Shown piece by piece: positions 58,463 to 64,000 of a stretch of 64,000 bases of DNA. The notes below the pieces were generated by a model. The model saw nothing but the letters and a program-made list of their open reading frames with translations. It did not search any database and was not told where the DNA came from. Numbering within the stretch: the first letter of the stretch is position 1; each line of letters begins with the position of its first letter. The stretch is from the IMG/VR virus record IMGVR_UViG_3300033997_000478, positions 186,001 to 250,000 of that record; one strand, 5' to 3'. A program made the translations under genes and the position numbers.

Positions 58463-60733
58463 ATGTCCTCTCTGAAGCTCAAGGGTCGGAACCAGGCCCC
58501 GCTGACCAAGCTGGCCCACACCCTGAAGGCGAACATCGCCACCCAGGGCGCTGACTTCGTCTCCGCCGGCCAGACCAACACCCTCATCTCGATGGAAGGC
58601 TTCTCCGATGCGCAGGCTGCCAGCCTGCAGAGCACCTTCGACCAGGTCCGCAGCGACATCCGCGACGAACTGAAGAAGTTCAAGCTGGGCGCCGGCTTCG
58701 GCTTCGAAGCCCTTGCCGACGGCTGCGAAGATCCGGAAGCCATCCGTCAGCTCGACACCGCGCTGGACGCCGGCGCCATGGCCGCCATGGCTGCGGGCAA
58801 CCCGGTTGCCTACGCACAGCAGGCCTACAACGGCCAGCCGGTTGCCACCGGCGAGAACGTCACCCTGGTCGACACCATGGCCCTGCAGGGCGGTGCCAAC
58901 TCGATGGACTACCGCGCCAACGTGGCGATGGAAGCCTTCAACGAGCAGGAACTGCGTGATCACCTGCCGTACTCGATCCTGTTCAACGTCTTCGCCTCGC
59001 GCCAGGACGACTTCAGCGAAATGCTGTTCCCGACCACCGTCGTGCCGCCGGATCAAGCCGGTCTGGACATCACCGTGGCCCGCATGCAGGTCTTCAACGA
59101 AGTCCGTCACCAGGCCTCCGGCGCCAAGATCGACTTCGGCAAGCGCAACCTGATCGACGCCGCCATCGACCACACCATCCTGGCCGATGAGCACACCCGC
59201 CTGGTCCCGGTCGTCCTGGAAGACGGCAGCAACGCCGACAAGTTCGTCGACGAAGCCGTGGTTCCGACCTTCTTCCAGCGCGTGGGCAACTTCGACGTGC
59301 CGACCTCGGCGCTGAAGCTGGATGAAACCATCGACCTGCTGGGCATCTCGCAGTGGCAGCCGCTGCTGGGCGCTGGCGTGATCGACCACTCCGACGACGT
59401 CGACGCTCGCGTCGTGCTGTCCGAGCTGTACCTGCAGTCGGCCGACGGCGCCGTTGCTGTCAAGTTCCCGGTCGAGCGTCTGGCTCGCAACCAGTTCAAC
59501 AAGACCACCGAAGGCAACAGCCGCCTGACCGGTCTGCAGTTCACCTCCACCGACCTGGTCATCGACAAGAACTCGAAGGCCCTCGACGGCACCGACGTCG
59601 CCGCGTTCGCCGGCATCGTCACCGGTGAGTACACCGTGCGCCTGTCGGTCAACGTGTCGGGTGAGCTGAACCACGAGTTCGGCAACATCAAGGTCTGGGC
59701 CTCGAAGGTCTCGGTCGCCTCGATCCAGGACAAGAACGGCAATGCCATTCCGACCTCGGCCGGTGCCGGCAAGGCCGTCGCTGATGCCCTGAAGCCGCTG
59801 TCCATCATCGGCTACACCATCCGCGCCAACCGTACCAACGCCAACAAGCGTACCCGTGGCCACCTGCTGGACACCGTGTACGAAACCCAGCGCTACACCA
59901 TCCCGCTGGGCAGCCCGCTGTCGATCACCTCCCCGGTGAGCCATGGCGATGCCCGCGACGCCGCTGACCAGAAGACCCTGATCGCTGCCGCTCGTATGCG
60001 CAACAGCAACAACGCGGTCACCGCGCTGTTCGCCATTGCCGACCAGCTGCGCGAAGTCACCAAGGGTCCGAAGCTGCCGGCCGGTGAGTACTGCGGCGTG
60101 GGCGGCCTGGGCCGCTTCCTGGTCGATCCGTTCTTCGAAGAGCACACCGTCGACCTGGTGCAGTGCCTGAACAGCATCAAGTCGCAGGACCGTGCGCTGG
60201 ACATCAGCTCGGTGCTGGTCAACGTGCTGCGTGACATCGCCTACCGCATGTACCGCGACACCAAGATCCAGCCGGCGATCGACGCCCAGACCGGTACCAC
60301 CGGCGAAGCTCCGATCCTGCTGGTCGGTACCGACCAGGTGCTGATCCGTCACCTGCTGATCAACGGCGACAGCCGCACCTTCGGCACCGTGTTCGACAAG
60401 GCCGTCGTCAAGGCCTCGCTGGACCGCCGCATGTACGGCAAGATCGTCCTGACCCTGACCCGCGCCAACGCGGAAGGTCCGGATCCGCTGACCTTCGGTA
60501 CCCACGCCTGGATGTCGGAACTGATCGCCACCATGCCGATCAGCCGCAACGGCGCCACCACCAAGGAAGCGACCGTTCAGCCGCGTACCCTGCACATCAA
60601 CAACATGCCGGTCCTGGCCATCGTGTCGGTGAAGGGTCTGTCGAAGGTCCTGGTCGACAAGACCAGCACCCCGGCGATCGCTGCTGCCGTCACCAACGTG
60701 TACCTGGACGGCCTGAAGTACCCGACCCTGTAA
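58463..60733 (+). CDS. major capsid protein (phiKZ gp120-like)
   Basis: 756 aa; extreme codon bias; FEALAD, MEAFNE, RQDDFSEMLFPT.VV.PD, RGHLLD..IPLGSP, HINNMP motifs typical of phiKZ-like MCPs; synteny. Confidence 0.85.
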   Translation: MSSLKLKGRNQAPLTKLAHTLKANIATQGADFVSAGQTNTLISMEGFSDAQAASLQSTFDQVRSDIRDELKKFKLGAGFGFEALADGCEDPEAIRQLDTALDAGAMAAMAAGNPVAYAQQAYNGQPVATGENVTLVDTMALQGGANSMDYRANVAMEAFNEQELRDHLPYSILFNVFASRQDDFSEMLFPTTVVPPDQAGLDITVARMQVFNEVRHQASGAKIDFGKRNLIDAAIDHTILADEHTRLVPVVLEDGSNADKFVDEAVVPTFFQRVGNFDVPTSALKLDETIDLLGISQWQPLLGAGVIDHSDDVDARVVLSELYLQSADGAVAVKFPVERLARNQFNKTTEGNSRLTGLQFTSTDLVIDKNSKALDGTDVAAFAGIVTGEYTVRLSVNVSGELNHEFGNIKVWASKVSVASIQDKNGNAIPTSAGAGKAVADALKPLSIIGYTIRANRTNANKRTRGHLLDTVYETQRYTIPLGSPLSITSPVSHGDARDAADQKTLIAAARMRNSNNAVTALFAIADQLREVTKGPKLPAGEYCGVGGLGRFLVDPFFEEHTVDLVQCLNSIKSQDRALDISSVLVNVLRDIAYRMYRDTKIQPAIDAQTGTTGEAPILLVGTDQVLIRHLLINGDSRTFGTVFDKAVVKASLDRRMYGKIVLTLTRANAEGPDPLTFGTHAWMSELIATMPISRNGATTKEATVQPRTLHINNMPVLAIVSVKGLSKVLVDKTSTPAIAAAVTNVYLDGLKYPTL

Positions 60734-60789
60734 TAGGGCGGCGTGCAGGCTACGTGCAAAGAACCATAGCGTAGTAGCCGACGTAACGG

Positions 60790-60826
60790 TAGCCGAGGCC
60801 CTCGAAAGAGGGCCTCGGTTTTATGC
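60790..60826 (+). terminator. terminator after MCP
   Basis: CCGAGGCCCTC-GAAA-GAGGGCCTCGG-TTTTATGC. Confidence 0.8.
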
Positions 60827-60918
60827 TGCCTTTTGGTTGAACCGGATTACAAACCCTTACTATCTACTTGTAGCAGTTCTCGAAAAGCTACGAAACACCA
60901 TCCAGCAGAAAGACAGGT

Positions 60919-62088
60919 ATGGGAAAAAATCCACAACAACCAAGGCACTACCGAACCAAGGTAGTGGCGTCCACGGGGGAACGGTTCCAAAATCTCTCGG
61001 CGGCCGGGGAGTTTGGATACCAGATCTTTAACACGATGTATCGGTCGCTCTTCGTGGCCACCCGTGCCGGGGTGCGCTTTGAAGTTCCGCGACAGTCAGT
61101 ACGGGTCAACAAGGATCCCGGAGTCCTGATTCGCGTGAAGGTTGCTGCCTCACCTTCCGTAAATCTAGACGTATCTGGGCTATCTAATGACAAAGGTACA
61201 AAAGCATCCACGCAGGAAGCAACCGCCTATATTGGCGCTATTGAATCTGCTGCTGCTAAGGCATTGGGTCAGGCATCTCGGGTCTGCTACGTAGACTACA
61301 AGATCCCTGAGGAGGATTTCGACAACAATGGAGGTTTGCTGTTCCTCCAGAATTTGGACATCCAGCTTTCCGTACTCAGTGCTGCCAATACCCCTCACCA
61401 TCCCTACTCCATTTCTGGTCAGCGCGACCGGGACGCTTATGCCCTCAGGCAGAGCAAGGAGATCACCACGATGTACGGAGTGACCATCCGCGACAAGGAT
61501 GGATATTTCGGCAATCGTTTCTTGAACATCAACGGCGAGGTCTATCGAGTCCCCGTCATCCGCGATGGTCAAGAACCTGATGGTGTCTACCGTCATGTCA
61601 CCGGCCGCACGACCGGTGAGTTCACAGTAGATCGTACCGCTGTCGAGTTCTTCGAGTTTGAAGAAGCCGACAAGGAACTGGGGTTGTACCTCACCTACAA
61701 CGAAGCCTTGGCCCTCGGGAACCAGGCCGATAAGAACAAGCGCGAGTATGAAGAAAAGGCCAATGCCCACCGGCAGGCTGAACTTCAGGCAAAGCTCTAC
61801 CAGAGCCAAGCCGATGCAGCGTTCTCCCGCGAGAAGGAGGCGATGCGTCTACATGCAGCGCGACGAGAGCACGCCTTGCGTGAACTCGAACTTGCCCAGC
61901 AGGCCCTCGAAGTTGCACTCAATCAACGCGAGGCTTTGCTCAGGCGCGACATCCTGTTGCTGAAGGAACTGTCCGAGAAGTCCAGTTATGCCCGTCGCGA
62001 GACGGCAGACCTGATGAAGACAATCCCGATGCTGATCACCTCTGGTATCGCCCTAGTAGTTGCAATTCAGAAACTCCGCTCCGCTTAA
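60919..62088 (+). CDS. conserved chimallivirus protein with C-terminal coiled coil
   Basis: 389 aa between the MCP and the RNAP subunit; coiled-coil and hydrophobic C-terminus. Confidence 0.65.
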   Translation: MGKNPQQPRHYRTKVVASTGERFQNLSAAGEFGYQIFNTMYRSLFVATRAGVRFEVPRQSVRVNKDPGVLIRVKVAASPSVNLDVSGLSNDKGTKASTQEATAYIGAIESAAAKALGQASRVCYVDYKIPEEDFDNNGGLLFLQNLDIQLSVLSAANTPHHPYSISGQRDRDAYALRQSKEITTMYGVTIRDKDGYFGNRFLNINGEVYRVPVIRDGQEPDGVYRHVTGRTTGEFTVDRTAVEFFEFEEADKELGLYLTYNEALALGNQADKNKREYEEKANAHRQAELQAKLYQSQADAAFSREKEAMRLHAARREHALRELELAQQALEVALNQREALLRRDILLLKELSEKSSYARRETADLMKTIPMLITSGIALVVAIQKLRSA

Positions 62089-62107
62089 AAGAAGGCACAC
62101 GTCCATC

Positions 62108-63730
62108 ATGGATAAATACGCGTTTGGCATCATCGATCGCGAAGGCCCCAAGCACAACCGAAAGATCGTCGATGGACTGGCGACAGAAGAGTTCAAACAG
62201 ATCGAGGCCTACATCGATCGAATCTGGCGCACGGCTACCGCCGAGCTGTCGCCGGAGATCACTTATCACGGACTGCGTGCTTGCAGTGTCCGTGAAGAGT
62301 ATCAGGAACTGACCCGACGCACCGGTGGTCGCAACACGATCGAACTGGCTCGCTCCAATGCCCGGATGATCGAGATCGACCTGCGTCACAATGGCGATCC
62401 GCTTCCTAAGCGGTACATGTACATCCCCTTCGTTCGTCGTGGTGGGCTGATCACCCTGCGTGGCAGTGACTTTGCGATCTCTCCGGTGATGGCTGACAAG
62501 GCTATCTCAGTGGGTCCGAATCTGATCTTCATTCCGATGGCATGGGATCGGATCAACTTCCTGCGCGTGACGCACTACTTCTACGCCAATGGCGTACAGG
62601 AGTCGGTGCCGGTGGTCTGGTCCAAGATTCACCACTACGTCCTGAAGCAGCGTCGGACGAACTCCAAGATGGACGTTCGTGCCAACACTACTCTTCCGCA
62701 TTACCTCTTCGCCAAGTACGGCGTGACTCGCGCCTTTGCTGAGATGCTCAACACGCACGTCGTGGTGGGACCTTCTGGCGAAGTGAACAAGGAAACCTAC
62801 CCGCCGGATAAGTGGGTGGTGTGCGAATCCAACCGAGAGAAGCCGCGTTCGGTTCGTGACAAGGCCTACATGCCGCCGGATGTCCGCATTGCGGTTCCGC
62901 TGGAGAAGTGGGGCCCGGCTGTGGCGCATCTGGTGGCAGGCTTCTACTACGTGGCCGATCACTTCCCTGATCGTGTCGTGGCCGATGAAGTTGACGAGCC
63001 GCGTCTGTGGCGCGTGCTGTTGGGTTACATGATCTTTGGCCCCGGCCAGAGTGAGGGTAAGCTGTACGACAACATCTCCGAGCACTTTGGCTCGCTGGAC
63101 AACTACATCGAAGTCCAGACCCGCCAGCGCTTGGAAAGTGTCGGTGTGTACGTGGAAGACATCTATCAGCTGTTCATGCACCTGATCGAGAACTTCGACT
63201 ACTACCTGGCCCAGTCCACCACCAACCTGTCCAGTACGTACGGCAAGCGCCTGATGGCGATGAGCTATGCGACCTCGGACATCACGTGGGCAATCCACCG
63301 CTTCATGTTCATGGTCCAGACCCAGCGCAAGCGCAAGACGCTTACGAAGGACGATGTGCTCAAGATCATGAACAAGACGCTCAAGACCCAGACCATGTTC
63401 AGGATGAACAAGAACCATGGTGAGGTCAATCCGGTCTCTGTGTCCGGCGACAACATCTACTTCAAGATCACCTCCCACGTGGTCCCGCAGGAATCCTCCA
63501 GCGGCGCCCGTACCAAGCAGCGCTCCACCGCAGACGATCCGTCCAAGATCCTGCACATCTCGCTGGCAGAGAACGGTAGCTACAGCACGATGAAGAAAGC
63601 TGAGCCTACGGGCAACGGCGCTCTGAATCCGATGGCCATTCTCAGCCCGCATGACAACGAGCTGCTGCGGAACCCGAAACTGCTGGACATCACCGAGAAG
63701 ACTCAGGCGATGATTCAGCGTACCGCCTAA
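62108..63730 (+). CDS. putative non-virion RNA polymerase beta-type subunit (phiKZ gp123-like)
   Basis: YIPFV..GG.I.LRGS.F.ISPVMAD, LPHYLFAKYG motifs and position after the MCP. Confidence 0.65.
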   Translation: MDKYAFGIIDREGPKHNRKIVDGLATEEFKQIEAYIDRIWRTATAELSPEITYHGLRACSVREEYQELTRRTGGRNTIELARSNARMIEIDLRHNGDPLPKRYMYIPFVRRGGLITLRGSDFAISPVMADKAISVGPNLIFIPMAWDRINFLRVTHYFYANGVQESVPVVWSKIHHYVLKQRRTNSKMDVRANTTLPHYLFAKYGVTRAFAEMLNTHVVVGPSGEVNKETYPPDKWVVCESNREKPRSVRDKAYMPPDVRIAVPLEKWGPAVAHLVAGFYYVADHFPDRVVADEVDEPRLWRVLLGYMIFGPGQSEGKLYDNISEHFGSLDNYIEVQTRQRLESVGVYVEDIYQLFMHLIENFDYYLAQSTTNLSSTYGKRLMAMSYATSDITWAIHRFMFMVQTQRKRKTLTKDDVLKIMNKTLKTQTMFRMNKNHGEVNPVSVSGDNIYFKITSHVVPQESSSGARTKQRSTADDPSKILHISLAENGSYSTMKKAEPTGNGALNPMAILSPHDNELLRNPKLLDITEKTQAMIQRTA

Positions 63731-63779
63731 AGCGTCTTAGAACGCTGGCACCACCCGCCTACGGAGATATTGAAACCCA

Positions 63780-64000
63780 ATGTCCAACAACATCATCTAC
63801 AATCCACCAGTTGTGGTCAACGTCAATGTTGAACCGGAACTGCGTCCTGCAATTCCGTTGTTCAGCGGCTACGCCATTGCAGCACTGACGGACATCCCTA
63901 ACGACCATCGTGGTCCGGGCCGTGCGCTGTACCGGGACATCATGGAGAAAGACCAGAACCTGTTCCAGGAGATGGTCCAGATCCTGGCCTCGGCCACCGA
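63780..64000 (+). CDS. 5' part of a CDS running off the window
   Basis: GGAG RBS; MSNNIIYNPPVVVNVNVEPEL.. Confidence 0.6.
   Translation, partial: MSNNIIYNPPVVVNVNVEPELRPAIPLFSGYAIAALTDIPNDHRGPGRALYRDIMEKDQNLFQEMVQILASAT

Noticed and set aside
58445-60595. 716-aa minus-strand ORF
   Set aside because: Antisense shadow of the MCP; the same applies to those opposite recJ (6812..8482), the helicase (56068..57597) and other GC3-rich genes

Overview
This is a gene-dense, GC-rich segment of a lytic jumbo phage genome of the phiKZ-like (Chimalliviridae) type. The right end carries the conserved core block: a DnaB-like SF4 helicase, a 756-aa major capsid protein (MCP), a conserved unknown, a probable non-virion RNA polymerase beta-type subunit and the start of a further gene. 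A minus-strand array of five paralogous virion proteins lies at 45-51 kb. The rest is accessory: NAD-dependent ligase, RecJ, macrodomain, tandem GNAT, SPFH, PhoH, class Ia ribonucleotide reductase, holin-like protein, HslV-like Ntn peptidase, lipoprotein SleB-type hydrolase, CYTH, DHFR, two HNH endonucleases and many unknown ORFs. Genes are punctuated by about 25 GC-rich hairpins, most with TTATG-like tails. LigA and NrdB resemble Xanthomonas/Stenotrophomonas proteins from memory, so a xanthomonad host is inferred, not proven. Best leads: (1) six otherwise dissimilar small basic proteins sharing a 17-aa RGxYxHxHKG..R.H motif, five of them clustered behind a putative phage promoter; (2) two stand-alone copies of an internal MCP domain about 33 kb from the MCP gene; (3) a thioredoxin-NrdA fusion followed by an HNH gene and an NrdB whose intein splits the iron-binding ExxH motif; (4) two multi-hairpin intergenic RNA candidates. 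No tRNA, rRNA or CRISPR array was recognised. All family calls come from motifs read by eye; no database search was run.
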